This document shows positions 47,546 to 56,846 of a stretch of 64,000 bases of DNA, piece after piece. Where the stretch lies: contig JADBJK010000011.1 of assembly GCA_014874485.1 (NCBI GenBank), positions 144,328 to 208,327 of the forward strand, written 5' to 3'. Source of the DNA: Chloroflexota bacterium (GTDB lineage Bacteria > Chloroflexota > Anaerolineae > DTLA01). Both the position numbers and the translations under genes were made by a program. Each line of letters opens with the position of its first letter. Position 1 is the first letter of the stretch. The notes under the pieces were generated by a model that was given only the letters and a program-made list of their open reading frames with translations, was not told where the DNA came from and searched no databases.

Positions 47546-49505
47546 GGCCCACCTCCTGAATCAGGGGGACTTCCACGGTGATGCGCGTGCCGGCGCCCGG
47601 ACGCGAGTCAATCGCCATGCTCCCGCCCAGGCCCTCGGCGCGCTCCTTCATGCCGAGAAGCCCCCACGCCGGCCGCGGCGACAGCGGGTCCATCGCCGCC
47701 TGGGGATCAAACCCCGCGCCGTCGTCCTCCACCACCAACAGCACCCGCCCCGGCTCCGCCCTCAACGAGATGCGCACGTGCTTGGCGTTGGCATGCCGAA
47801 TGATGTTCTTCACCGATTCCTGCGCAATTCGGAAGAGTTCCACCTCCAGGTGGGGCGGCAGGCGGGTCTTTCCCAACGACAGTTTCAACTCCACCGACGG
47901 CAGGCGGTCCTTGTTGGATTCCACCAGCCAGCGCAACGCGGCGACCAGCCCCAGGTCGTCCAGCAACGTGGGGCGCAGGTCGGCGATGAGGCGGTCAATC
48001 TCGTCCATCGCCTGCAAGCCCACCTGGAGCAAGTCCTTGAGCCGCTGCTCGGCCAGGTACGGATCCGAGGCGACGGTGGCCTGCAACGCGCCCAAGCCGG
48101 TAACCAGGGCGGTGAGCGCCTGGCCGGTTTCGTCGTGCAGTTCGCGGGCGATGCGGCGGCGCTCCTCCTCCTGCGCGGCGACGACCCGTTCCAGCAGCCT
48201 GCGGAGCATCTGCTCGCGGCGCTGGACCTCGCGGTAGAGCCACGCTTTCTCCATGCCGACGGCGACCTGATTGGCCAACGCCTGGGCCTGCTGCAGTTCG
48301 CGGTCGGTGAAACGCCCCTCCTCGCTCTGGTTCGCCAGGCTCATGACGCCCAGCACCCAGTTCTCGGAGCGCAAGGGGACGCACAGCACGCTGGGCAATT
48401 CGTCGCTCATGGTCGCCGCGCCGCGTCCCGACCGCATGACCTGCTCGGCCAATTCCAGCGCGCGGGAACAGGGGGTGTCAATGCCGGTGCATACCTTGGT
48501 CTCCAGTCTGCCGGTGGCGGGGTTCGTTACCAGGATGCACCCGCACTCCACGCCGTCAAACAGGTCCACGATGCGCTCAATGGCCTCCTTGGCCAGCGTG
48601 TCCATATCCAGGCGCGACGCCACGATGCGGGTTGTTTCCAGCAGGGCCGAGAGTTCCCGCGCCAGGCGCGACAGTTGGGCGGTGTGCTGTTCGGCCTCGC
48701 GGCGGCGGGCGGCTTCGGCTTCCAGCGCGGCCATCTGGGCACGCAGCAGCATCTGGCGTTCGGCCTGCTCGGCGACGCCCAAAGCCCGAACGATGCCGCA
48801 GGTCTCGGCCGCCAGGGCCGCCGCCCGGAAGAACTGCACGGGGATGCCGAACGCGCCGGCGAACCACACGTCGTTGATCACTGAGGCTGGCCAAAGAACG
48901 CTGCGCGGGCCTGTGATGCTGTCAAAGACGGCGAACCAGATGGCGGCCCAGGCCGCGGTCAGCATGTGGTTCCCGAAGGCGCTCTGCAACTTGGAGGCCA
49001 TCTCCCGCCGCTGGAGCCAGAAGGCGTAGGCGGTCAGCGCGCCGGCGGGCAGCCCCAGCGTGTACCGCGCCCACACATCCGCGGCCCGCGTCCAGGTGGC
49101 CACGTCGGCGATAAGCAGGCGCATGACGACCGCCCCCGCCAGCCATACCCCCGCCAGCGCGGGCAGTACCCACCGCCGCCAGTCCCGCCGAGGGTCCACC
49201 CGCTGCCAGATGATGAGCCCGTAGATGACCAGGAGCAGGTACGCCGCCACGAGGAGGACCAGTTCGGACACGCCCGTGCCCTGGCGGGCCGGCAGGCCAT
49301 GCAACTGGCTATCCAGTACGCCGAGGTCCATCCACTTCTTGATGGCGCGCAGGAACGCCGCCGCCGCGATGAGCGCCAACGGCCGGCGATAGGGGTAGTC
49401 GTGGGCGCGGCCCATCTGCAGCGCGACCGACAGGCCCAGCGCGAAGAACGCCAGGCCCGACAGAAAGTACGCCAGAACCTCGCTCTGCAATTCCACCGTA
49501 GCCAT
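47514..49505 (-). CDS. Sensor histidine kinase (HisKA_3/NarX-LiaS type) with multi-TM sensor and GAF domain
   Basis: 'ELHDETGQALTAL' H-box and 'VEDDGAGFDP' HATPase motif. ATG 49505 has RBS GGAAGG. 32-nt overlap with the response-regulator gene. Confidence 0.85.
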   Translation of the reverse strand: MATVELQSEVLAYFLSGLAFFALGLSVALQMGRAHDYPYRRPLALIAAAAFLRAIKKWMDLGVLDSQLHGLPARQGTGVSELVLLVAAYLLLVIYGLIIWQRVDPRRDWRRWVLPALAGVWLAGAVVMRLLIADVATWTRAADVWARYTLGLPAGALTAYAFWLQRREMASKLQSAFGNHMLTAAWAAIWFAVFDSITGPRSVLWPASVINDVWFAGAFGIPVQFFRAAALAAETCGIVRALGVAEQAERQMLLRAQMAALEAEAARRREAEQHTAQLSRLARELSALLETTRIVASRLDMDTLAKEAIERIVDLFDGVECGCILVTNPATGRLETKVCTGIDTPCSRALELAEQVMRSGRGAATMSDELPSVLCVPLRSENWVLGVMSLANQSEEGRFTDRELQQAQALANQVAVGMEKAWLYREVQRREQMLRRLLERVVAAQEEERRRIARELHDETGQALTALVTGLGALQATVASDPYLAEQRLKDLLQVGLQAMDEIDRLIADLRPTLLDDLGLVAALRWLVESNKDRLPSVELKLSLGKTRLPPHLEVELFRIAQESVKNIIRHANAKHVRISLRAEPGRVLLVVEDDGAGFDPQAAMDPLSPRPAWGLLGMKERAEGLGGSMAIDSRPGAGTRITVEVPLIQEVGHEPDTHPVGG

Positions 49506-49602
49506 CCTTCCGGTTTTGTGCGGCGTGCCATTTGTGCGCCGCCGCACAAGCAGTATAGCAGGGGTTTGCCGACGGCGCAACACGCGCAGTTGTCCACGGG
49601 TG

Positions 49603-49676
49603 CATTTCCATTTTGGGGCGAGAATGACCGAACGTCGTTAGGTCGCTGAGCGGAATCTACCTCGCCTATCCCCACC
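49603..49676 (+). other. Conserved element E (copy 2), upstream of the histidine-kinase promoter and distal to the ileS promoter
   Basis: 'gcatttccattttggggcgagaatgaccgaacgtcgttaggtcgctgagcggaatctacctcgcc'. Confidence 0.5.
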
Positions 49677-49691
49677 CCGGCCCTCCCCTTT

Positions 49692-49731
49692 CCTCTCCGC
49701 GGGCGGAGAGGAAAGGGGAGGGTGCGGGAGG
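49692..49731. other. Perfect 18-bp GC-rich inverted repeat with 4-nt loop (very stable hairpin). No flanking U-tract.
   Basis: 'cctcccctttcctctccg-cggg-cggagaggaaaggggagg'. Confidence 0.6.
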
Positions 49732-49857
49732 GGTTAGGTGAGGTCAGGCGGCGACAGCGGATTTCGTTGGATGTGGAACGGCTCACGACGCTGCTACGAG
49801 GTGCCTATTGCAGCACGCTGGTCCCCGAACCGAAGTGCACCCCACCGCCCGCGAATT

Positions 49858-49886
49858 TTGACACATCCCGCGACCTATGCTAGAAT
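49858..49886 (+). promoter_or_regulatory. Sigma70-like promoter for the ileS leader (TTGACA-17-TAGAAT)
   Basis: 'ttgaca catcccgcgacctatgc tagaat'. Confidence 0.55.
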
Positions 49887-49892
49887 TCCTGT

Positions 49893-50172
49893 AACCGAAT
49901 ACGCGAAGCAACGGCGATGATGGAAACGAGTAGTCGGGCGGAGCCGCCCAGCGAGTCCGGGCCTGGTGCAAGCCGGATGCGCGAACCCCGACGAAAATCC
50001 TTCCGGAGCCGCCAACCGAACGGAGGCAACTCCCAGTAGACTTGGCCGGGGCGCGCCCGTTACAGCGGCGGGGGTATGAACACGTACCCACAGAGCGGAC
50101 AGGCTTGCCTGTCAACCGGGGTGGTACCGCGGGAGTCAGACTCTCGTCCCTATGGGGCGGGAGTTTTCTTTA
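49893..50172 (+). promoter_or_regulatory. T-box riboswitch leader for ileS (tRNA-Ile sensing), with terminator-like hairpin and U-tract
   Basis: Canonical T-box sequence 'GGGTGGTACCGCGG' at 50118-50133. A GA/K-turn-like 'gatgatgg...cgagtag' lies near the 5' end of the leader. Hairpin 'cgtccc-tat-ggggcg' plus 'ggagttttcttt' at 50145-50172. Confidence 0.7.
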
Positions 50173-50177
50173 TGTGT

Positions 50178-50268
50178 TGCCGTTGGCCTTTAGCCGTTAG
50201 CCTTTCGCCGGGCGCCAGACCTGATACGGTTCGCTAGAGGCTATGGGCCAATGGCGAAAGGCCTTTTT
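50178..50268 (+). other. Structured element F (copy 2), between the T-box terminator and the ileS RBS
   Basis: 'gccgttggcctttagccgttagcctttcgcc...ggctatgggccaatggcgaaaggcc' then 'tttttggagga atccc ATG'. Confidence 0.4.
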
Positions 50269-50279
50269 GGAGGAATCCC

Positions 50280-53200
50280 ATGTTTCGTGAGGTTACGCCA
50301 CAGGTCAACTTTCCGAAAATGGAAGAGGGCATCCTGGAGTTCTGGCGGGCGCACAACGTCTTCGCCAAGACGCTGGAACTCCGCAAGGACGCGCCCCGCT
50401 GGGTGTTCTACGAGGGGCCGCCCACGGCCAACGGTCGCCCCCACGCCGGGCACGTCCTGCCCCGCGTCCTGAAGGACCTGTTCCCCCGCTATCGCACCAT
50501 GAAGGGCTACTACGTCCTGCGCAAGGGCGGGTGGGACACCCAGGGCCTGCCCGTTGAACTGGAAGTGGAAAAGGAACTCAAGATCAACAGCAAGGCCGAG
50601 ATTGAAGCCTACGGCGTGGAGGCGTTCAACCAGAAGTGCCGCGAGAGCGTGTGGAAGTACGTCAAAGAGTGGGAGCAACTGACGGAGCGCATCGCCTTCT
50701 GGGTGGATTTGGAAAACGCCTACATCACGTACAAGACCGAGTACATAGAATCGCTGTGGTGGATTCTAAAACAACTGTGGGACAAGGGCCTCATCTACCA
50801 GGGGTACAAGGTGGTGCCCTACTGCGCTCGCTGCGGCACGTCCCTGTCCAGCCATGAGGTGTCCCAGGGCTACCGCGACGTGCAGGACCCGTCGGTCTTC
50901 GTCAAGTTCCCGCTGCGGGATGAGCCGGGCACCTACTTCCTCGTCTGGACCACGACGCCGTGGACGCTGCCCGGCAACGTGGCGCTGGCGGTGCACCCGC
51001 ACGTGGAGTACGTGCTGGTGCAGCAGGGCGACGACAAACTCATCCTCGCCAAGGCGCTGCTGGATTACGCCCTGCGCGGCGAGTATCAGGTCCTGCGCTC
51101 GTTGAAGGCGAAGGAACTCATCGGCAAGCACTATCGGCCTCTCTACACCTTCCTGCCGGTGGACAAGGACTACGCCTACGTGGTGGGCGCGGAGTTCGTC
51201 AACACCGAGGAGGGCACCGGCATCGTCCACATCGCGCCGGCCTTCGGCGCCGACGACCTGGACGTGGGCAAGGAGTACAACCTCCCCGTGCTGATGACGG
51301 TGGATTTGCGCGGGCGGTTCGTGAACGAGGTAACGCCCTGGCGCGGGATGTTCGTCAAGGACGCCGACCCGCTCATCACCGACGACCTCAAGGCGCGGGG
51401 CCTGCTTTACCGCGCGGGCAAGTACGAGCACTCGTACCCCTTCTGCTGGCGCTGCCACCAGCCGCTGCTCTACTACGCCAAGACCACCTGGTACATTGAG
51501 ACCACCAAGGTCCGCGACCAGATGCTGGCGACCAACGAACAGATCAACTGGTATCCGGAGCACATCAAGCACGGGCGGTTCGGCAACTGGCTAGAGACCA
51601 ATGTGGACTGGGCGCTGGGCCGCGAGCGGTACTGGGGCACGCCGCTGCCCATCTGGGAGTGCCAGGACTGCGGCCACCGCGATTGCATCGGGAGCCTGGC
51701 GGAGTTGAGCGAGAAGGCCGGGCGCGACCTGTCGGGCCTGGACCCGCACCGCCCGTTCGTGGATGCCGTCGTGCTCAAATGCCCCAACTGCGGCGGGCAG
51801 ATGCGCCGCATCCCAGAGGTGGCCGACGCCTGGTTTGACTCCGGCTCCATGCCCGTGGCCCAGTGGCACTATCCGTTTGAGAATCAGGACGTCTTCAAGG
51901 AGCAGTTCCCGGCCGACTTCATCTGCGAGGCCATTGACCAGACGCGCGGGTGGTTTTACACGCTCCACGCCGTGGCCACCATGCTGTTCAACAGCCCGGC
52001 GTACAAGAACTGCCTGGTTACCGAGTTCGGCACCGACGAGAAGGGTGCCAAGATGAGCAAGCACGTGGGCAACGTGGTGGACCCGTGGCCCATCCTCAAC
52101 GAGCAGGGGGCCGACGCGCTGCGCTGGTACACCTACTCGGTGGCCGCGCCCTGGTATCCGCGCCGCTTCGGCAACGAACTGGTGCGCGAGACGCTGCGCC
52201 GCTTCCTGCTCACGGTGTGGAACACCTACTCGTTCTTCGTAACCTACGCACGCATTGACAACTTCAACCCCATGGAGCACCACATGCCCGTTTCCAAGCG
52301 GTCGGAACTGGACCGCTGGGTGCTGTCGGAGTTGAACCTGCTGGTGGAGCGCGTGGACACGTCGCTGGACAAGTACGACGTAACGGGGGCCACCCGCGCC
52401 ATTGAGGCATTCGTGGACGGGTTGAGCAACTGGTACGTCCGCCGAAGCCGCCGCCGGTTCTGGAAGAGCGGCGAGGACACGGACAAGGTCGCCGCGTACC
52501 TGACCTTGTACGAGTGCCTGGTAACGCTGGCCAAGTTGATGGCTCCGTTCACGCCGTTCCTGTCGGAGGAGATGTACCAGAACCTGGTGCGCAGCGTGGA
52601 TTCGGGCGCGCCGCTCAGTGTGCACCTGTGCGACTTCCCCGTCGCCGACCGCGCCGCAATTGACAACGCCCTGGTGTCGGATGTACAATTGGTGCGGCAG
52701 GTGGTGAGCCTGGGCCACGCAGCCCGCAACGCCGCCAACCTCAAGGTGCGCCAGCCGCTGGCAAAGGTCGTCGTCAAGCCCAGGGACGAGGCCGGGCGGG
52801 CGGTTGTGGAACGGATGGCAGCCGTCATCACCGACGAACTGAACGTGAAGGCGCTGGAAGTGGTGGCGCAGGCGGATGACCTGGTGCGGTACGAGATCGG
52901 CCTGCTGCCCAACGTGCTCGGCAAGAAGCACGGTGCCCTGTTCCCGAAACTCCGCGCGGCGGTGGCGGCGCTCCCCGCAGCGGATTTGGCCCGCGAGTTG
53001 CAGGCGGGCAAGAGTGTGCGCGTCCCTGTGGACGGTCAAGAGATAGAACTCCTGCCGGAAGAGGCGGAGGTGCGCGTCCACAGCGCAGAGGGCTTCTCGG
53101 CGGCGGAGGAGAACGGCCTCATCGTGGCCGTCAGCACCGCCCTCACCGAGGCGCTCGTGCGCGAGGGCCTGGCGCGGGAAGTCGTGCGGCGTATCCAGAC

Positions 53201-53423
53201 CCAGCGCAAGGACGCAGGCTTCCGGATTGAGGACCACATTCGGGTCTTCTACCGCTGCGGCGCAGAGTTGCAGGCAGTCTTCGCCGAGTTCGGCGACTAC
53301 ATCCGGCAGGAAACGCTGGCCGACGAAATGACAGAGGGCGACGCTCCGCAGGGCGCTCACCTGCAGGAGCACAATCTGGACGGCGAACCCCTGGTCTTGG
53401 GGTTGCTCAGAATAGAAGGGTAG
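50280..53423 (+). CDS. ileS: Isoleucyl-tRNA synthetase (type 2, ~1047 aa)
   Basis: 'PTANGRPHAGH' HIGH motif, 'KMSKHVGN' KMSKS motif, CP1 editing domain. RBS GGAGGA. Confidence 0.95.
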   Translation: MFREVTPQVNFPKMEEGILEFWRAHNVFAKTLELRKDAPRWVFYEGPPTANGRPHAGHVLPRVLKDLFPRYRTMKGYYVLRKGGWDTQGLPVELEVEKELKINSKAEIEAYGVEAFNQKCRESVWKYVKEWEQLTERIAFWVDLENAYITYKTEYIESLWWILKQLWDKGLIYQGYKVVPYCARCGTSLSSHEVSQGYRDVQDPSVFVKFPLRDEPGTYFLVWTTTPWTLPGNVALAVHPHVEYVLVQQGDDKLILAKALLDYALRGEYQVLRSLKAKELIGKHYRPLYTFLPVDKDYAYVVGAEFVNTEEGTGIVHIAPAFGADDLDVGKEYNLPVLMTVDLRGRFVNEVTPWRGMFVKDADPLITDDLKARGLLYRAGKYEHSYPFCWRCHQPLLYYAKTTWYIETTKVRDQMLATNEQINWYPEHIKHGRFGNWLETNVDWALGRERYWGTPLPIWECQDCGHRDCIGSLAELSEKAGRDLSGLDPHRPFVDAVVLKCPNCGGQMRRIPEVADAWFDSGSMPVAQWHYPFENQDVFKEQFPADFICEAIDQTRGWFYTLHAVATMLFNSPAYKNCLVTEFGTDEKGAKMSKHVGNVVDPWPILNEQGADALRWYTYSVAAPWYPRRFGNELVRETLRRFLLTVWNTYSFFVTYARIDNFNPMEHHMPVSKRSELDRWVLSELNLLVERVDTSLDKYDVTGATRAIEAFVDGLSNWYVRRSRRRFWKSGEDTDKVAAYLTLYECLVTLAKLMAPFTPFLSEEMYQNLVRSVDSGAPLSVHLCDFPVADRAAIDNALVSDVQLVRQVVSLGHAARNAANLKVRQPLAKVVVKPRDEAGRAVVERMAAVITDELNVKALEVVAQADDLVRYEIGLLPNVLGKKHGALFPKLRAAVAALPAADLARELQAGKSVRVPVDGQEIELLPEEAEVRVHSAEGFSAAEENGLIVAVSTALTEALVREGLAREVVRRIQTQRKDAGFRIEDHIRVFYRCGAELQAVFAEFGDYIRQETLADEMTEGDAPQGAHLQEHNLDGEPLVLGLLRIEG

Positions 53424-53715
53424 AAAGGCTGTACACGACAACCGAAAGAGGGAAGGGCAGTCATCCAGAGGAGGGAAGTCGCGCGGAATCCATGCAAGGC
53501 ACAACAACGCAACAACCCTAGTCCCCGGCCTTAGGAGGCGCGAGGCTCATTCAATTCGCGTCCGTCGGGGCCTTGTGCCTGTGCGGGCTGGGTACGTCGG
53601 GGCCGCCGGCTGAAGCGGGCCAGCAGGCGTGCCAGTCGGGGGGCACCGACCTCTGGGAGGCCCTGGGCCTGCCTGCGAGGCAGGATGCCTGCCCTGAGCA
53701 TCAGGGGAGACGACA

Positions 53716-54060
53716 ATGGTAGTCCGAAGTTACGAGCAACTGCATACCATGCTGTTGAAAGAGCAGCAGCGGCTCAAAGCGGCGATTGCGCAGCATCCGG
53801 TCATGGAACGGACTCCCGCCGGATATGGCAATCACGCGGCAGATGACGCGACGGACGTTTTTGACCAGGCGGCGAACGTTTCCTTGCTGCAGAGTCTGTG
53901 GCGCAATCTGGAAGAGGTGGAGGCGGCGCTGGACCGCTTTGAGCGGGGCACGTATGGCCTGTGCCTGCGGTGCGGGGAGAAGATTGAGTGGGCGCGGCTG
54001 GAGGCGCACCCGCAGGCGGCCTTGTGCATGCGCTGCCAGCGGCGGCAAGAATCGCGGTAG
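53716..54060 (+). CDS. DksA/TraR-family C4 zinc-finger protein
   Basis: C-terminal 'CLRCGEKIEWARLEAHPQAALCMRCQ' is a C4 finger, preceded by a coiled-coil N-terminus. Confidence 0.75.
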   Translation: MVVRSYEQLHTMLLKEQQRLKAAIAQHPVMERTPAGYGNHAADDATDVFDQAANVSLLQSLWRNLEEVEAALDRFERGTYGLCLRCGEKIEWARLEAHPQAALCMRCQRRQESR

Positions 54061-54074
54061 GCCGCACGATCAGG

Positions 54075-54533
54075 TTGGCACCTTTGCCCAAACACAGATG
54101 GATTTTGCCCCTGGTTTCGGTGCTGGCGTTCGCCGCCGACCAGGGGAGCAAGGTTGTGCTGCGCGCGGCGCTGCCCGACGGCGCGGTGTGGACGCCGTTT
54201 CGGGGTGTGGCGTGGTTGTACCTGCGCGCGGGAACGAACACCGGAGCCGCCTTTGGCCTGTTTCAGGGGGCCGGGGCGGTTTTCGTTTGGGTTGCGGCGG
54301 CGGCCCTCGTCGCCATCGCGTGGGCTTACCTGCGGCAGCCGCGCATGGCCGTGCCCGTCGCGGTGGGGCTGGGCCTCATCGCGGGCGGCGCTGCGGGCAA
54401 CCTGCTGGATCGGCTCCTGCTGGGCGGCGCGGTGGACTTCGTCCGCGTTGGCCCACTGCCCGCCTTCAACCTAGCGGACGTGTGCATTGTCCTGGGCGCG
54501 GCGGTGCTGGCGGCGAGCCAGGCGCGACGGTAG
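54075..54533 (+). CDS. lspA: Lipoprotein signal peptidase (signal peptidase II)
   Basis: '...LAFAADQGSKVV...NTGAAFGLF...LGLIAGGAAGNLLDRL...VDFV...FNLADVCIVLG' are LspA conserved blocks. Start inferred at TTG 54075 (uncertain); the ORF-track ATG 53988 overlaps the dksA-like gene. Confidence 0.75.
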   Translation: MAPLPKHRWILPLVSVLAFAADQGSKVVLRAALPDGAVWTPFRGVAWLYLRAGTNTGAAFGLFQGAGAVFVWVAAAALVAIAWAYLRQPRMAVPVAVGLGLIAGGAAGNLLDRLLLGGAVDFVRVGPLPAFNLADVCIVLGAAVLAASQARR

Positions 54534-54615
54534 GCCGCCTTGGGTCCCGGCGCCATTTGCCGCTGGGACGCCAACCCCGTACAATCCTGCCAATCCCATA
54601 CATCGGAGGCGCAAC

Positions 54616-55455
54616 GTGATCCTGCTCTCCACCGGAACCCTCAACACTCTGGGGCTGTCCCGCATCTTCGCCATGGCCGCCGAGGCCGGGTTTGACGGGA
54701 TAGAGATCATGGTGGACGGCCGGCTGGACACCCGCGACGCGCGCTACCTGCGCCGTCTGTCGTCGGACTTCGGCCTGCCCATCACCGCCGTCCACAGCCC
54801 ATTCCTGCCGGATGTAGAAGGCTGGCCCGCCGACCAGTTGGGCCGCCTGGAGCGCACCCTGGCCCTCGCCGGCGAGTTGGGCGTGGGCCTCGTCGTTACG
54901 CACCTGCCCTACCGCCTCTACCTGATGTGGATTGCTGCAACCGGCCCCAGGGCGTTCCGTTTCACCACGCCGCTCCCCTGGCTACGGCGCGGGCCGTACT
55001 ACGCCCTGCTGCGCGATGGCGGCCTGGCCGCGCTGGAGGAGGAGACCGGCATCACCATCGCGGTGGAGAACATGCCCGCGCGGAGGTTTCTGGGGCGGCT
55101 GCGGAGGCTGTACTGGTTCAACACGCCCGACGAGATGCGCCGCTTCCCCCACCTGACGCTGGACACGACGCACCTGGGCACCTGGGGATTGGACCCTGTC
55201 GCGGTGTACGGGCAGTTGCACGACCGCGTGGTTCACGTGCACCTGTCCAACTTCGCGGGGGGCAAGGAGCATCGCGCCCCGATGGACGGCGACCTGGCGC
55301 TGGGCGAGTTCTTGCAGGCGCTGGCGCGGAACCGCTACGCCGGCACGGTCAGCGTGGAAGGCGAACCGAACGCCTTTCACGCCGACGACGAGGCCGCCTG
55401 CCTGGCCGAACTGCGCGCGGCGCTGGCCTTCTGCAGGGAACACCTGAGGCAGTAG
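54616..55455 (+). CDS. Sugar-phosphate isomerase/epimerase (xylose-isomerase-like TIM barrel)
   Basis: GTG 54616 with RBS GGAGGCG. 'GFDGIEIMV', 'AVHSPF', 'VVTHLP', 'IAVENM' are TIM-barrel AP-endonuclease-2-family blocks. Confidence 0.7.
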   Translation: MILLSTGTLNTLGLSRIFAMAAEAGFDGIEIMVDGRLDTRDARYLRRLSSDFGLPITAVHSPFLPDVEGWPADQLGRLERTLALAGELGVGLVVTHLPYRLYLMWIAATGPRAFRFTTPLPWLRRGPYYALLRDGGLAALEEETGITIAVENMPARRFLGRLRRLYWFNTPDEMRRFPHLTLDTTHLGTWGLDPVAVYGQLHDRVVHVHLSNFAGGKEHRAPMDGDLALGEFLQALARNRYAGTVSVEGEPNAFHADDEAACLAELRAALAFCREHLRQ

Positions 55456-55479
55456 GCAAGGCACGACTACTTTGCCGTA

Positions 55480-55905
55480 GGGATTCTTGATGCCGTGTCA
55501 TTGCGAGAGCGCACCACGCCCGTGGGGACAATTCATGAATTGTCCCCACTGAGGCGCGGAGCGCCGAAGAATCTCGTGAACCGAGATGCTTCGCTTCGCT
55601 CGCAATGACGCGAGAAGGCACGTGCGACGCACCTCGGAGGTGCGTCGCACGTGGGCCGACTGGATGGCTTCCCTTCGCTCGCAATGACAGCCAGAGGTGT
55701 CATTGCGAGGGTGCAAAGCACCCGAAGCAATCCCGGCAGACTGTCATTCTGGGGCGCGGAGCGCCGAAGAATCTCGTGAACCGAGATGCTTCGCTTCGCT
55801 CGCAATGACGCGAGAAGGCACGTGCGACGCACCTCGGAGGTGCGTCGCACGTGGGCCGACTGGATGGCTTCCCTTCGCTCGCAATGACAGCGGGTAATTC
55901 CCCCG
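55480..55905. repeat. Composite repeat block: family A units (with 22-bp palindrome) interleaved with family D palindromes 'gtgcgacgcacctcggaggtgcgtcgcac'. It is internally duplicated; ~200 bp repeats at 55560 and 55760.
   Basis: 'gaagaatctcgtgaaccgagatgcttcgcttcgctcgcaatgacgcgagaaggcacgtgcgacgcacctcggaggtgcgtcgcacgtgggccgactggatggcttcccttcgctcgcaatgacag' occurs twice. Confidence 0.85.
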
Positions 55906-55915
55906 TAGTCAACCA

Positions 55916-56794
55916 CTACATCGGCGCGCGGCCGTTGTGCACCCAAATCTCCTGCTGGCAGGTGAAATCCTTCGCCAGTCGCCGGTTGATGGATGCCCTA
56001 AGCACCCAGGTTACCACGCTTCGCCCGGTCCGGCGTGAAGGGCACCCCTGCTTCGGAATCAAGACGCTGAACGGGAAATCCGTCGCGGTTCCGGGGCGGA
56101 AGTCCTTGCCCCCTGCCAGGTCCACCTTCGCCTCGGTAACCGTGTGAGTGTTGCCAAGACCGCGCGGCACGTACTCGGTGCGCACCAGTTCCAACCGCAC
56201 GCCGCTGGCGCCGAAGCCCTTGCGCGGGGCAATCCGCACCAGACCCTCAACCTGCTCGCCTTCCACCCAGTCCAGGCGCGGGAGCACGAACTTGATGTCC
56301 ACGTCATCCGGGTGGCTGCACAGGCCGAACGTGCCCGACTGGCTCGTTTCCGGCGGCGGCACGATGATGGGAATCTCCACCTCTGCCGAGATGTCCTTCT
56401 TCATGGGGCGGTTCATCACCGCCTTGATGAGCCAGCGGTTCTGCGTGATCTTGCCGGTGTAGGGCGGCGCAATGTCCAGCGGGATGCGGAAGTCCACGCG
56501 GTAGGTCTGCCGAAAGCGGGCAGGAATCGTCCCCTCGTCTACGAGGGTTTCGGTGAGCAGGGCATCTTCGGCCGTCGTCCACACGCTGGAGATATCCCCT
56601 TCGTTGTCGCGCTCGCGGTACTGGTACTTCTCCCAGGCGACCAGCGCCACGGAGACGGAACGCACTTTGACCTCGGTTTCGGTCTCCAGTGCGGCCGTAG
56701 CGTGGATGGTCTCGCCTGCGTAGTAGGGCAAGCCGGGCTTGTCCACCGAGACACTGATGTTGGCCTTTTCGCTTTTCAGGAACCCGAGCACCAT
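55916..56794 (-). CDS. Spo0M-like / arrestin-N-fold protein
   Basis: ATG 56794 has RBS GGAGGG. 'MVLGFLKSEKANISVSVDKPGLPYYAGETIHATAALETETEVKVRSVSVALVAWEKY' is Spo0M-type, with two beta-sandwich halves. Confidence 0.55.
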   Translation of the reverse strand: MVLGFLKSEKANISVSVDKPGLPYYAGETIHATAALETETEVKVRSVSVALVAWEKYQYRERDNEGDISSVWTTAEDALLTETLVDEGTIPARFRQTYRVDFRIPLDIAPPYTGKITQNRWLIKAVMNRPMKKDISAEVEIPIIVPPPETSQSGTFGLCSHPDDVDIKFVLPRLDWVEGEQVEGLVRIAPRKGFGASGVRLELVRTEYVPRGLGNTHTVTEAKVDLAGGKDFRPGTATDFPFSVLIPKQGCPSRRTGRSVVTWVLRASINRRLAKDFTCQQEIWVHNGRAPM

Positions 56795-56846
56795 TTTGTC
56801 CCTCCAGATTGTGGTCCCCCATCGCGCGGATGGGGGGATGATGTGC

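Noticed and set aside
49620-50279. Possible small protein or CRISPR-leader-like region between the histidine kinase gene and ileS
   Set aside because: It is explained by a promoter plus T-box leader plus structured elements. No ORF with an RBS exceeds 60 codons.
53988-54074. ORF-track ATG start 53988 for lspA
   Set aside because: It would overlap the dksA-like gene by 73 nt and add a non-hydrophobic 29-aa extension. The conserved LspA N-terminal block begins right after TTG 54075. The exact start remains uncertain.
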